Origin: Octopus sinensis
Taxonomy: Eukaryota
Direction: 5' to 3'
Length of the DNA: 64,000 nucleotides
Assembly: GCF_006345805.1 (NCBI RefSeq)
Contig: NC_042999.1
Span: 77,128,001-77,192,000 of the forward strand
Shown: positions 49,981 to 64,000 of the stretch, piece after piece
How positions within the stretch are numbered: the first letter of the stretch is position 1
Layout: every line of letters starts with the position of its first letter
Position numbers and translations under genes: made by a program
The notes under the pieces: generated by a model
The model's database searches: none
What the model saw: the letters and a program-made list of their open reading frames with translations, nothing else
Told to the model about the DNA's origin: nothing

Positions 49981-52900
49981 TATATGTATATATATATATA
50001 TATATGTGTATATACACACACTGTGAGAGGGAGTGTGATGCAAAGAAACATGATTAGGCTTGACACTTATAAACATATAACGATATATATACATATATAG
50101 ATATATGCAGTGTGTTCAAAAAGTATCCAACTTTATATTTTTCCACCAAAACTGATGCTACATGGCCAAAATCCTCTGAGTGGAAAATGACATCACCCTT
50201 TCTGCACATGTGAAAATTTTCGCGCCAATAGGCTGCGTCAGTTCCTGGCTGTTGTGCCTAGAGTACAGACATGTACTGTCACCCATACGTATCAGTCTCT
50301 CCTCTCCACGTCTCCAGTGTTATCCAAGGGAAAGACAAAGTGTGATACAGCTTGGCATCAGTGACTTTGTTACTAATTTCTACAGCTGAGTGAACTGCAA
50401 CAATGTCAAATGATGTCTAGCTCAAGAGCACAACACAGAGCACAGTCCAGGAATTGGACTCATCAACCACACAATTGTAAGCCCAATGCTTTAACCACTG
50501 AGCCATGCACCTTCATATGTGTATGTATATATGTAATACAAGTGTGCAGACAAATAAAAGAAGGGCACTCAGCACATTTATTGGGAGTTACATGAATGGA
50601 TCAAACAGTTTGATTCAAATTTCTTTAGTACTTCACGTTTCAAACATGATACTAGTTCTAATTCCAATGGCTGAAGACTAGCATCATGCTTGAAACTTGA
50701 AGTACTAAAGGAATTTGAATCAAACTGTTTGATCCATACATCATCATCATCATCGAAATATAATGTCCATCTTCCATGTTGGCATGAGTTGAACAGCTTC
50801 ACAGAAGCTTGCCCAGTAGAAGACTGCACCAGACTTTTGTGTCTGTTTTGACAAGGTTTTTACAACTGGATACCCTTCCGAACTCCAACCACCCTACAGA
50901 GTGCTTTTAACATGGTACCAGCACAGGTGAGGTCAGTTTTGGCATGGTTTTCTTTTTTTTTACAGCTGGATGCCAACCACTTTACAATGTGGACTTGATG
51001 CTTTTTACATGGCACAAACTCTGGCAGGGTTACCAAGTAACTTGCAACACACACATACACCATGTACATATATGTATGTATATATATATACATATATATA
51101 AAGCTGGCAGAATTGCTAGTATGCTGGGTTAAAAGCTTAGCAGCATTTCGTCTGTCTTCACATTCTGAGTTTAAATACCACCAAGGTCAGCTTTACCTTT
51201 CATCCCTTCAGGGTTGATAAAATCAGTACACTGAGGTCAAAGTAACTGACTTAACCCCCACCCCTAAAATTGCTAGCCTTGTGTCAAAATTTGAAACCTA
51301 TATTTGTTCTGACTCTGTGTTCCAAGTTCAAATTCTACTGAGATCATTCTTACCTTTCATCCTTGCAGGGTTGATAAATAAAGTACCAGTCTTATAGATG
51401 CTTCTGGAAGAAATCAGCTGCCTTTCAGATCTAGAGAGAGAAGGGATCTCTCAGGTTTAAAATACCCAAAACATGACAACATTATGTTTTGACAGCACCC
51501 CTATGACCCAATCAAGAGTTGAGGACTTCAGAAATGAAGAAAGGAAAATAACCACTACTATCTTGCAATAAATAGGTTCCATAGGGCATCAAGCTAGCAG
51601 AATCATTTGCACATTGGGCAAAATACTTAGTGGTATTTCATCCATTTTTATGTTCTGAGTTCAAATGCTACCAAGGTCAACTTTGCATTTCATCTTTTTG
51701 AGATTGATAAAATAAGTACTAGTGGAACACTGGCGTCGATATAATCGACTTACCACCTCCTACAAAATTGCTGGCCTTGTGTCAAAATTTGAAACCAATA
51801 AATAGGTGCCATCATTATATACAGTTCACTGCTGTATTATAGCAGAAGTACTGCATTACAAACAAGTGTCTCATTAACTAACATTCTTTCAATTTGAGCC
51901 CTCATGAAAGCACTTTCATTATAACCTTGCTTAACCATTACTATCACTCACATGTTAAAGTGAACTTTATATGAATAACTGATACAGGCACACAGCCTGG
52001 GGGGATGATTGATGAGAACATATGACATTTATGCCTTTTCAATAGCATAAATGTCATAAGAACTAAGAAAAGTGATATCTAACATTATCTACAAAACATG
52101 CATACACACAGAAAAATCATTCATTAGTCATACACACTCCACAATTACAGCTAAGCCTTCATATACACACACTGCACTGTTGTCACTACTAAATGCATAC
52201 ACATGTACACACTGTTATTGATAGTGATGCACATTGCCACAGAACAAACATGTTCATCACTATATATGTATACAGGAATACACACAAAATGCATACATTT
52301 TATACCATAAAATATATATGCTATTACCACAGCATGTATGCATGCACACATACATATATGTGCTCAAATGTGCATACAGTGGATTATCAGGTATTAAAAG
52401 GAAGTCTACACAGTCACTTGACTTTCTCGATATTACAGCTGTGTCTCTCTTCGGTAATAAACTTTAGGCCATAACACCCTACATTAAAAACAAATTGACC
52501 ATAACTGGAAATGCTACTCAAACACAGAGCTGATTTTATGTGATAGGGGCTAAAGTGTGTGTGTGTGTGCACATGCACGCATGCATATATATGTGTATAT
52601 ATGTGGCTGTATGGTAAGAAGTTTGCATTTCAGCTACATGGTTTCAGGTTCAGTCCCATTTCATGGCACCTCAGGCAAAATGTGAATTGTACCATACAAA
52701 CAAGAAGTTGATATAATCAGTGCAGAAAATTGTCAGCAGGCAGTTTAACTTAATTGTAAAGCACTCAGCCGGAGTCTTGGGTGATGTGGGTTCGAGTCCT
52801 ATGACTGTTTGTTGACAACTTTTTCCACCTTGTAAGGGTATTCAACCATTATCTCTGCTGTACTAACAGTAATACTGCATTCAGAAAAATACCAACATTC

Positions 52901-53706
52901 TATAACAATATAGAATGAAAGTAAACTGCAGCCAAATGTCTTTACTCTCTTCGAAACATTTCAGTTTCAACCCACTCTGAAGCAGCCGTAAAAGAACTGA
53001 TATTAAAGATGTATTGTTAATGTTTCCACCATGGTTTATGCCCACAATATAATCTGAATTCAGCTCTGGAAGTTAATAAAGCACTCATCAATTTTACAAT
53101 GCTTCCACTCTTAAGTGAACCATTCCACCCTATGATGTCTGCTTGCAATTAAGTGTACTTGGACATGAGAGTGAAATGACTTCTTCTTTGGTATCTTTGA
53201 CATCCAATGCTCTCTTCATACAGTTACACCTGCATCATATCTAATTAAGCATGAACTACATTAGTTTCATTGTGAATGCTATAGTTTAGGTAGGTAATTA
53301 ATTTTTTGCATGATTAAACATATATGCTTAGTTTTGCAAGTCATATGGCAACCTCACTAGGCTGATGTCACAAAAGATGCATACAGTACGCTCTGTAAAG
53401 AGGCTGACATTAGGAAGGGCATCCAACTGTAGCAACCATGCCAAAGCAAACACTGGAGCATGATTCAGTCCTCTGATCCATTGGATCCTGTCAAACAGTC
53501 GAAACCATACCAGTATAGAAGACAGACATAAAAAGATGCAACTGATTACATATACGTACATACATACATACATACATACATACATACATACATACATACA
53601 TACATACATACATACATTCCTATATACATACACACATATATTTTGTTGTGTCTGGGGAGAGTATATATATATATATATACCCACATACAGAGACATTCAC
53701 AAACAC

Positions 53707-53738
<32 letters not shown>

Positions 53739-53896
53739 TCACATGTGATGTAATCATGATAACAGTTTGCAAAAATAAGGCTGTTAGACCCATACTGAAT
53801 GTTTACACCAACACACTAACACAAAAGTCTTATACATCTATTTTCTTAAACACTAATTGATGTACAAAAATAATGTTTGAGATATTCTTTAGACAA

Positions 53897-54279
53897 TCTC
53901 TCTCTATATAAACGGCAGTTTGTCTGTGCGTTTTCTGTGTGTCTGTTTTCTCGTACCCTCACTCTGACCACGGCTTTCAACCGATTCTGATGAAACTTGA
54001 CACACACATACCCCAATGTCATAATTCAAAACTAACGCAGCGAAAATTTTGAAAAGTTCCCCCAGTTCTGAAAAAAAACGATAAATTCGACATGGGGTCG
54101 AGAATCAGAAACCCAAACCACAGACCGTCTAGGGGACGCAACTCCACCTTTTTTAACTCTCAAAAAAATTTACCATCATTTTTTTTCCATTTTTTTGCTA
54201 TTTTTTGGCTATAACTCTCTAAAAATGCTTTATAGTTATTTCCCTTACAAACCTGAGCAACGCCGGGCGATACTGCTAG
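53897..54279 (+). mobile_element. Non-autonomous Helitron
   Basis: A|TCTCTCTCTATATAAACGGCAG ... subterminal CCTGAGCAACGCCGGG hairpin ... CTAG|T. Canonical TC/CTAG ends in an AT target. Confidence 0.88.
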
Positions 54280-57200
54280 TTGACTATACAGCTGATTTGC
54301 TTTGGTATGTTTTCGTCCAAGGCATGAACTATTTGAAATTACCTTACCATAAAAGTTTCTTTTTTTATTTATTTATTTATTTATTTATTTATTTTGTGCT
54401 CTACACAAAATTGTTTGACACATAAAATGGATTGAGCTAGAGTACCATGAAACTAAAACTGGGGAAATGTTTAGTCTGTCTAAAGCTTTCAGAGAAAACA
54501 AAGTTAATCCTTTCTTTTTATCTTTGAATTGATAAAAAGAAAAAGAAAGGGAGAATTGTAATAAATAGTTAAGAAAACTTTGTAAAAAAATAGTTAAGAA
54601 AAACTTTGCATGACTAAAAAAAAAGTAGTTTTTCTTTTTTTTCTTTTTTTCTTTTCATTATTTCACTAAGGATCTTGGAAATATATTTGGAGGATAAATA
54701 ATTCAAAAATATATGTGAATACTTCAAGAAATTAGTTACTAGATTTTTTAATATTATCATTGTTATTTTTGACTGAAGTATGAATAAAAACACTTATGAA
54801 TTTGTTTAAGACACTTAAGTATTTCTGTTCTACTACAACAGCTCTTTGTGTGGACTAATACTGATATTTTACTTTGGCATAAGACCACTAGATTATATTG
54901 ACCCTAATGCTTGACTAGTGCTATATTTAATCAATCCTGGAAATTAAGCCGGGGTAGGATTTGCCTATCCACCGTAACACTTTTCTAATAGTTTTTTTGT
55001 TTTTTGGGGGTTTTTTTTTGCTACAGGCACAAATTTTCTATTATAGGCCTGAATTTGGGGTTGGGGCTAATCGATTTTATCAACCCCAGTGCTTGACTGG
55101 TATTTATTTTATCAACACTAAAAGGTTTAAAGTCAAAGTCAACCTCAACAGCATTTGAACTCAGGGCATACAGCTAGAAGAAATGCCACTAAACATTTTG
55201 TTCAGTGTGCTAATGATTCTGCCAGCTCATCATCTTACTATGCCTGAATATTAAAAGCAAAATTCAGTATAATAATATTGACATGTACTAAACATTAATA
55301 TTCTAAACAGAGAGAATCAATTCCAAATAGCTAATTAACTAATTTAATAATGTGATTGAACTTGACCCTGTAATTACCAGATTTCCTAAAGATCTGACAG
55401 TCATTAGCAACGGTCTTTACTCATTAAATTGCTTAATTTAACAAAATTTGATGAAATTGATGAATTGGAGCCAACAGATTTCATTTCTTCAAAAGTTTTA
55501 TACTCATTTAAACCCAACAATAATTATTGATGCTTCAAATACTTAATGAGCTTTTCTTCAACATGTAAGTTATCTACATTTGGTAAAACAGGAATTTTTT
55601 TGTGAGGAAATATTGAGAAATCATCAAAAATGCAAGCTATCAATCATATTGAACTGAAAATTTCCAACTTTCCAGTAGTTTAATTAATTTAACGTAATTA
55701 AATTCCTACAGGTAATTTTCTAATGCATTAATAAGTAGCCTTAGACAACATATTTAGTTTCTAATTGAGTTAGATGGTTGAAGTATATTATACCATAATA
55801 TGGGACAATATAATGGATGATCTAATTCTTCTTGTCATTAATTTGTTCTTTGGTGCTGTATTGTCACAGAAATTACCAGAGCAGCATTCGAGACAATGCT
55901 GAACTGCCTTGCATATTCAGACTTTCAATTTTCACATTTTCTTTTAGCATGTCTCTATTTAAAGAATAGGGATGTGCTGAATGGAGAAAATTAGTTCTCT
56001 TGGTAATTATTTTGTTAAAATATCATATCCAAGAGCACAAACCTCTTCTCTGTGTGACATTTGCTAGCACCACTCTATTACTCAGCAAAGGTGATAGATG
56101 ATAATAATACTTATGCACAAAGCCACACTTTACAGCAGAGCGAATAAGACTGTATTATGTTCGTGCTTTTCTGAAGGAACAGAAGAAAATTTCAACCCAA
56201 GACCCAAATTGGTTCATGAACTTTACCTTCTAGAAGCTTGCCTATTGTTCTGTGCTGCTCACATATAACTCTCCCTGTTAATGTGTTAAATTGATGTGAA
56301 GAAGAATAATGTAACTGAAAAAAACAAATTAGTCCCTGTTATTTTCTAGTGATTTGCTATGACAGAAAATTGTGAGCATTGCCAGCTGCTCGAGACTTTA
56401 AAATGATTAAAGTATCAAGTTATCAAATAGAACACTATGCCACTGTCCTGTCAAATCTAAATGTACTTTCTAAAATTCAATCTGGCATACATCTGTGAAT
56501 AGACAGAACTGTGAGCATTTCAAAATTTCACAATTGCTAACATTACTGTATTTTTAGATGTGAACATTTTCCTTTGCTGAAGAATTTAGTTCACTTATAG
56601 AGTGTTTCCAAGCAAGAAAGAAAAGCCTATACTTTAAAAAAATTTAGCCTGATTTAAAAAGAATACAAACACTTTAACTCTTTCTCATTAGACTGATCTT
56701 TACCAAATGTTTCCCCCAGACCTGTTTTGATCTTTTTATATAGTATCAGCTGGCAATGGTTGTGGGAAATGGCATAGAGGGATAATAGTAAGAAAGGTAT
56801 TAAGAAGCCCAGAAGCAGCAGCCAAATCTATCTCAAATTAAACCCAGCATCTTAAAAAAAGAAAGGGTATATTGGATAATGCAGTCCTAGATACACTCTT
56901 TATAGAAGAAAGAAAAATTGGATATTCTTAGTTGGAATGTGTTTAGTTTTAGATCAGTTCTGTCAAGATCTACCTGGGTTAAACATCAACATTCAAATGA
57001 CCAGATTTGCAAATATCATCACACCTATGCTAACAGGAAAAATGTTTAATTGTCAGAACAGTATAAGTTTTATTTTTTATTTATTCATTTATTTATTTAT
57101 TTATCTATTTAGTCAGGAGGAAGGCAGTGCTCATTATTCTCTACAAGGTCTCCAAGGCTAATGATAGAGAGGGAAGAAATTATACACAAGCTAGAGACCT

Positions 57201-57387
57201 GATTTGCAACTGAAAGGACTCTGATAAAGGTCCCCAAGGGACAAGTGAAGAATTGAATCAAGGGGTGTATACTAGTGAACCACAAATAACTTACAACCGT
57301 AATGATTAAGATGATGATGATGAAGATGACAACGACAACAGAGGCAACAATGACAACAATGATAATCATTATCATCATCATCATCAT

Positions 57388-60300
57388 TACAGTTCCTATG
57401 TATATCATTTTATATATCCTAGAAGGCCAGATCCCAGCTATGAGTCTGAGGTCCTATACAGATGTCATTTGATTGACAGTACTCTCTGCAAAAGGTGGCG
57501 AGCTAGCAGAAACATTAGCGCACTGGGTGAATTGCTTAGTGGTATTTTGTCTCGTTCAAATTCTGCCGAAGTCGACTTTACCTTTCATCCTTTTGGGGTC
57601 GATAAATTAAGTATCAGTTATGCACAGGGTCGATAAATTAAGTACAAGTTATGTAATCGACTTAATCCCTTTGTCTGTCCTTGTTTGTCCCCTCTATGTT
57701 TAGCCCCTTGTGGGAAATAATGAAATAAGTACTCTCTGCAATATGTTGCTGTTCTCAGCAAGATGATTTGAACTGTATAGGCAGTGATGTTCTGGTATAC
57801 AGATGGTAAACTTTTCAATTCCCTTCTTCATGAGGCCTTGATTTCTGTTGACCCCTAGTATTATTTCAGTTTTTATATTCCCCATCCTGTTGATTTCAGT
57901 TTCTTCATACATAGTCAGCTTCCTTTGATTTTACAAAGAGGAGTTACTTTCATATAGTATTGTTATGTTGATAAGTATGCACTATTTTTTTTGTCTCTGA
58001 TGACAGTGTCTGGCTTATTGGCTCTTTCTTCTCTGTCAGTGTAAGATGGACATATCTCAGAGGATGGGAACACTGTTAGTGACAGTGACTGTCTAAACAG
58101 AAGATTGGACTATTTCTCAGTCATCTTCATCTTGTAATTCTTGCACATTTTTCAGAGAAGGTATACAACTATCTCATTATGCTTGTGAATGTATTGAGTC
58201 TTTTCCAGTTCCACACATTCAGAGACAATATGGTGGATGGAATTTTTGCATTGCAGATCAGTTCCATCCTTGATGGTGATAGGATCTTGCTGTGAGACTC
58301 TAATTTTGTGCAATAATCAAGCTCTCTACTTTTAGTTTATTGTTCTTTAGCCATGGGTATACCTGTTGTTGTTGTTTGTAGCCACATCATATTGAGAAGC
58401 ACTGGTTCTTGCCTGATCATCAAAATAATTCACATTGATTCTAGTAAGTTCTTGGATAGGTGACTATTTGGGAAAAATACCTAATTGAAGCAAACAGATC
58501 CTTTGGTTAGAGAAGTAGGTTGACAGATTCATTAAAGTGTTGCAAAAAAACCTTGTAGCTCTCACAGCTCTTTACATTCTGATTTCAAAATCCCACTAAA
58601 GTCATCTTTGCCTTTCATCCCTCTAGGGTTGCTCAAATAAAATAACAGTCAAAAACTGAATCTGATGATAGTGTCTAAGCCTCTCCACTCAGAATTACTA
58701 GTTTTGTTTCTAAATCAGAAACAATTATTTTGGTTTGGTTCAGGTTTTTCTTTTTGCTCCAGCAATTCTCTACAATCAATTTATTTATAAGTAATTGATT
58801 TTTGCATCCATAAGAATTCCTTTTACAACCTTTTTGAGCTTGTGGAAGGATAGCGTTCTGTTCAAGGAAAGTGTATATTCTTCCAGTTAGTATTGATGTG
58901 AGGATCTTGTGGGTAATGTTGAGACATGTTATCGATTGGAAGTTCTTTGGATTTTTCAATGTCTTCAGTTTTTGGTAGAAGGTATGTTGTTCCTTCGGTC
59001 AGCCAGGCAGATATTTGCTTTGTGTTCTGAATGACATCAGTTAGAGATGAAGCAAAATGCTGGTGTACTTCTGTCAAACAATTCAGCCAGAATTTAGGGA
59101 TCTGATCCAGTCCTGGGGCTTTCCATTTGTGAGACTTTCTAAGAACACATCTTACCCTTCCACTCTTATTACCTCACATTTCTGCTCAACTTCATTCAGT
59201 CTTACTTTCTCACATTCTATCCAGTGAGCTTCAACTTTATATTCTTTTTTGTTACTCCATATCTTCTTCCAGAACTATTCCATTTCCTCAGACTTAGGTG
59301 GCTCCTTTACTTCTATCTTGCTTTTGCCAATTTCCTTATAAAATTTCTTTGCATCCATCTTGAATACCTTGTTTTGTGGATAAAATTTGATTATTTTGTC
59401 ATACCTTCTGAGCTGTTGGGCTTTCAGTTGTATTTGTTGCAGGGATGTTAAGTTTAAAGCAAAACAAGGAGCAAACAGAATCATGGAGCAGAGCTTCAGA
59501 AAAAGTGCCTTGTGTTATTTCTTCTAGCTTTTTACATTCTATGTTCAAATCCTGCCAAAGCCATTTTTGCCTAAAATAAAGTACCAGTCAAGTACTGGGG
59601 TCAATGGTATCAGCTACCCACTACCCTTAAAATTGCTGGCCTTGTGCCTAAATCAGAAACCATTATTAGTTTTAGTGTGTAGAAAGTATTTGGAATGATT
59701 CCGAGTTCAGAACAGAATTCATTGTTGAAAAACACCAAATGAAACATAAAAATAGCTGAGTGATCTGATGCTGGAAGGAGTTAGATATAAGTTATAATCA
59801 GCACTAAGTAATAATAACTGCAATAATAATAAAGAAATCAGTGTATCTATAGAAAAGGAAACCTACTGTGCCAAAAGACAGAAGGGGAAAAAAAGTATAG
59901 ATTACAAGCTGAAACCATTTAATGTTGTTGGATGATGAATATAACTTAAAGGAATAAGAAAAAGCTACCAAACAAAATTACTCTCATTAAGGGAATTGAG
60001 AAGTACAGATGATATTTGGCAAAAAGTAAAGGTAATGAATGATGTTCTTAAAAAGACAAGTAAATAGCTCAACTAATACTACTATTGATTTGTTATATTA
60101 TGGAGCTGTGCAATAGAGAATAATGATAAAAGAACATAACAATAGAAGAAAAGAAGACTGGAAGGACAAGTGAGAGAATTCAAAAGAGATCGGCATCAGT
60201 TTTCTTTCAATTTTGGAAACGAATATGAGAAACAGGATATATGAAAAACTACAAAGAAAATATAAACTGGGATAAAAAGACCCAAAGATTGAAGTAGAGT
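57388..60300 (-). mobile_element. Decayed R4/Dong-clade (RLE) LINE with inverted 5' part, interrupted by SINEs
   Basis: On -: LKAQQLRRYDK...KKFYKEIGK (59460-59280), PKNFQSITCLNITHKILTSI...QKGCKRNSYGCKNQLLINK (58960-58730), HIVSEC..L...Y...HNEIV (~58230) and EINRM..IKT...ILQRVLSIK* with a tail into (ATG/ATA)n at ~57388. On +: *LSDLMLEGVR (~59760) and RRLEGQVREFKRD...RKYKL (~60140-60270). Confidence 0.72.
57492..57727 (+). mobile_element. Family-B SINE with a 14-bp target-site duplication, inserted in the R4 element
   Basis: AGTACTCTCTGCAA at 57478-57491 and 57728-57741 flanks the SINE and splits the R4 ILQRVL|SIK* terminus. Confidence 0.85.
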
Positions 60301-61293
60301 AAATGGAACAATCATCATCATTATTTTCCATGCTTTCAATGCCGGCATGGAATGGACAGATTCTCATGGTCCAAGTCAGTTCTTATTCAGAGTTACTGCC
60401 CACCTAGATAGGTTCCTAACACCAATTGCTTTACAGAATGCTCTGGATGTATTTTATCATAGCACAGACAATTGTTATTGCACAAGTAAAACAAATAATT
60501 AAAGTGAAGATAGAGAAAAGTGAAAGGATGAAAACTTGAACAAGAAATATTGCATTTGTAGGAAATTTTCCTAGCAAAAACAAAGACAGCAAGAAGAGAA
60601 CAATGAACTCGTCTGGAAGGTGGAAGAATGAAGAAAGGAAATAACCAGTATTTGTAGTAGATAAGTGGCAATTCTTTTCACTCAAAATGCGACTTATATA
60701 ATGAACCCTGCTCAGAGTTTAAAACTTGCTGTATGCATTAATATACATACACATGCATTAACATACACACACACACACACACACACACATACACACACAC
60801 TCTTAAATTCTCATGCACAATTGACTGTGTAGGGTAGATTGGCCCTGTCACTGTTCAATTTATGTGAATATCAACAATAATGTAAACAAATACATGTTGA
60901 TGGCATCATGAGTGGAACAAAAACTTACTGTTTAAGCAGAATTTGATTCTGCTACATAACAAACATGCTTGTGATGATACACATTCTCATGAATTTATAC
61001 ATAATGCCTTCTGGATGTGCAAAACATTTATACACAGTTTTCTATTGCCCAGCTGTAATTCTAACACCCTTTTGCAACTATGTATATCGTCAGTCAACAG
61101 GAGTGGTGATTTAAAAGCCTGTTTATTCTGCCCTTTGATCATAGAAATATATTGCTACAATATCTATGCTTCCAAGACTAAACAAGATTGCATTGGCAAT
61201 GATCGGGATTATTTCAGCTAAATGTTTTGCTTGTTTTATTGTTTTGTTTTGTTTTTTAAATGAAACATGCAAGTGAAGTTGCAAACAGTATTT

Positions 61294-61426
61294 GCAAAAA
61301 GCAACATGCATCTAATATACAAGTGAAAAACTGAAGTCAAAATATCATAAATACAAAGGCAAAAAGCAACATGCATCTAATATACATGTGAAAAACTGAA
61401 GTCAAAATATCATAAATACAAAGGCA
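61294..61426. repeat. Two-copy 65-bp tandem duplication
   Basis: GCAAAAAGCAACATGCATCTAATATAC...AAATACAAAG repeated at period 65 with one substitution. Confidence 0.9.
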
Positions 61427-63494
61427 GTGCACCTCATATATGAGATGTACACCTAGTATAAGAGGTGCACACCTTATATATAAACAGAAGATGAAGCAGA
61501 AAAATGTCAATCCTCTTGCATGTAATTTCAGCAAGATGGCACAAAAAGCTTAAAAAAGTAAATATGATATGGTAGGATAGAATAAATACTTGGAGATCTG
61601 GATTCAAAGTAGATGGAAATGGCACCATTACATTGAGAAGCTTTTATTTAAAATGTTTGTCATAACATCTTGTGAATTTCTTTGTGAAAACTGGCTATTA
61701 GTGCAAAAAATATATATAATCAAAAAAGAAAAAGCTTACAGAACCATTGGCGTTTTCTTTATTGTAATCATAGCTGAGTCAAAGCAAAAGAAATAGAAGA
61801 GATTTAAAGGTAGATGAATTTGGCAAGTAGGCTAAGAAAACATTAGGTTATGTGAAGGAAAAAAAGTTATTCTACTTGTAACTACAAATAACATCAAATG
61901 AACTTCTTAGAAAAACTGAGAACATTGGAATTAAGACTTGAACAGTAAAATGTAAAAGCTACTATCCTTTATTTTACAGGAATTCTGCACAAAGCTCTCC
62001 CTGACTTTCATTAAGGATCTATAGAATGCAAGAACTGAATAATACTTAATTATTCTCTTTGTGATCACACACTGTATTGTGCATTGTTCTTAAATGTATT
62101 TTTATATCAAAGTTGTCTCAGGTTCATAGATTTAAAATCAGAACTGAATGTAACAAGATAATGATATGAGTAAAACATGCTTTGGCAATCTCTATAATTT
62201 GCCACCATTTTCCAAATACTTGTCTGTTCCACCCCTATTTTCAGACTGCACCAATTTCCTCAAAATGTAATAATAAATTAAATTAATAAAAAAAAACTTT
62301 ACCTTTTTACAATTCTCTGCATTCTTGTGACTGTAGAATAGGGTCTTCAAACTAAAGTATTTGGACTCATGGATTATTTTTGCTATTACCTTAAACCTGT
62401 GAGGAAGCCTCTATATGTCTGTTGTATCTGCTGGAAATAGCAGCCAAATTACCTTCAAATCAAAACCGTTTCATCTTAAATAAAGAAGGATACTCTGGAA
62501 AAAGTACTTTCTGATATATAAAAAGTATGGAATGGTTAAGTCTGGAACACCTCTGAACATACGTCTGCTTGATTAAGACTGACCTGTGCAAAACAGTAGC
62601 AAAACTGATTGTATCTAAAATTAACAAAATCATGTGGCTTAAAACACTAACTCTTGATGGTAGTCTTAGAACATTATTAAATAACAATAAACTTTCTTTT
62701 AAAGCAGATTCTATCGGATAAAACAGGAAACAGTGTAGAAAAGTTAGTATTTTCCAAATGTGGAATTAATAATACCCTGTGGATTTACTGATAGCGCTTA
62801 GAGACATGACATGAGAACTAATATTAAATTTATAGACTTTGATAATATTAACAAAAAAATTTTAACTCATAAAAGCTTCCCAAAAAGATTAACAACAAAG
62901 TGGTACTATACAATACATGTATGTATACATCATTATCATCATCATCATCATCATCTTCACCACCACCACCACCACGATCATCATCATCATTATCATTATC
63001 ATTATTATCGTCATCATCATCATCATTTAATGTACATTGTCCTTTCGGGTATGGATTGGATGGTTCTTTCTCTATACGTATATCTCTCACATATGCTGAT
63101 CCCCACTCTCTTCTTTCTCTCTCTCTCTCTCTCTCCTTCTCTCTCTTTTGATATGACATGTCATTACTTTCATTTTGCTTAAATCTTTATCACTGTAATG
63201 TGTTTGCTTTCATTTCTTGATTGACAATTTTCATGCAGAAAATGCTAGCTTCCAAATCCTGTTTCCTGGATTAAGTAAAAATTATCAAAATTTAAACATC
63301 TGTGACATTTTTCTAAATATTTTCTGGAATAAATGAATCACTAAGTTGGATTGAGCATGAAAAATTAGATCAATGTACCAAATTTGAAAATTTTCACTTA
63401 ATATTAAAATTTCCAAAATCTGTGACAGCAACAGAAAAGATCCCCTCTTTCCATCTAACTCTACAAGCATAAAATGCATCAATTAAATATTAAG

Positions 63495-63760
63495 TACCAC
63501 AAGAATCTCCATCATAGAGAATCAGGAGACAATGTCGCATTTCAGTTCAAACTACTTCAATTTCCAGTGAGTCTTAGTTTTGCCATGACCAGCAACAAAT
63601 TAAGGGCAAACATTTTCAGTTGCTGGTTTACATCTTGAAGAGCCCATCACCCATGGTCATCTTTACATTGGATGTTCAAGAGTAGGAAATAAGAAAAGAT
63701 TGTACATCTATGCACCAAATGGAAAAACAAAACAAAATTTTATTTGTAGAGACATCATAA
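63495..63760 (+). pseudogene. Helitron RepHel PIF1-type helicase C-terminal fragment
   Basis: FQFKLLQFPVSLSFAMTSNK, then after a frameshift QTFSVAGLHLEEPITHGHLYIGCSRVGNKKRLYIYAPNGKTK. This matches the RxQFPvxLAFAMTINKSQGQT...HGQLYVxxSRV motifs. Confidence 0.85.
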
Positions 63761-63804
63761 ATTGACCCAAATAATGCAGAAATCCATCCTGATCAAGATA
63801 CCTA

Positions 63805-64000
63805 TCCACCAGAGCAGCTGTCTGGCTTCCGTGCCGGTGGCACGTAAAAAGCACCATTCGAGTGTGATCATTACCAGCGTCACCTTTCTGGCACTTGTGC
63901 CGGTGACATGTGAAAAAGCATTCAAGCGAGGTCGTTGCCAGTGCCACTGGACTGGCTCCTGTGGAGATGGCACGTAAAAAACACCATTTGAGCATGGCCG
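63805..64000 (+). mobile_element. RTE 3'UTR sub-repeat copy running off the window
   Basis: TGGCACGTAAAAAGCACCATTCGAGTGTGATC units, as at 6165-6702. Confidence 0.75.

Noticed and set aside
52765-52805. tRNA-like B-box GGTTCGAGTCC
   Set aside because: No complete cloverleaf; it is best explained as a SINE head.
55330-56640. Stop-poor stretches on - suggesting a decayed DNA transposase
   Set aside because: Only vague motif resemblance. A translated HMM search would be needed, so it is not assigned.
60920-61230. Hydrophobic ORF fragments and a - strand GTAAGT donor
   Set aside because: Every frame is interrupted and no coherent exon can be built.
62811-63182. Poly-His / poly-Asp / poly-Ser ORFs, and YIYI/HTHT ORFs elsewhere
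   Set aside because: These are translations of (CAT)n, (TA)n, (CA)n and (CATA)n microsatellites.

Overview
AT-rich eukaryotic genomic DNA; the repeat repertoire suggests a coleoid cephalopod, probably Octopus (inference, not a database match). There is no prokaryotic content and no CRISPR array, and most ORF-track entries are microsatellite or repeat noise. Two host genes can be reconstructed from splice signals. (1) The last three coding exons of PDIA6 lie on + (1-34, 401-497, 2539-2616) and end in KSEL. (2) An uncharacterised 499-aa gene lies on - (coding exons 22828-22336, 14724-14439, 12066-11875, 8480-7952). It has basic ~21-22-aa STPR-like repeats, a uORF-laden leader exon at 25409-25311 and a probable promoter near 46.4 kb. 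The rest is transposon-derived: a young 5'-truncated RTE LINE with many truncated 3'-end copies, CR1 and R4/Dong LINE remnants, tRNA-derived SINEs, a decayed hAT transposase, a maT/DD37D element, MITEs and Helitrons. The most striking object is a ~1.38-kb near-perfect palindrome (27182-28563; arms 633/635 bp, 3 differences) in an intron of the - gene. Each arm carries an intact-core Penelope-type hammerhead ribozyme, one on each strand.
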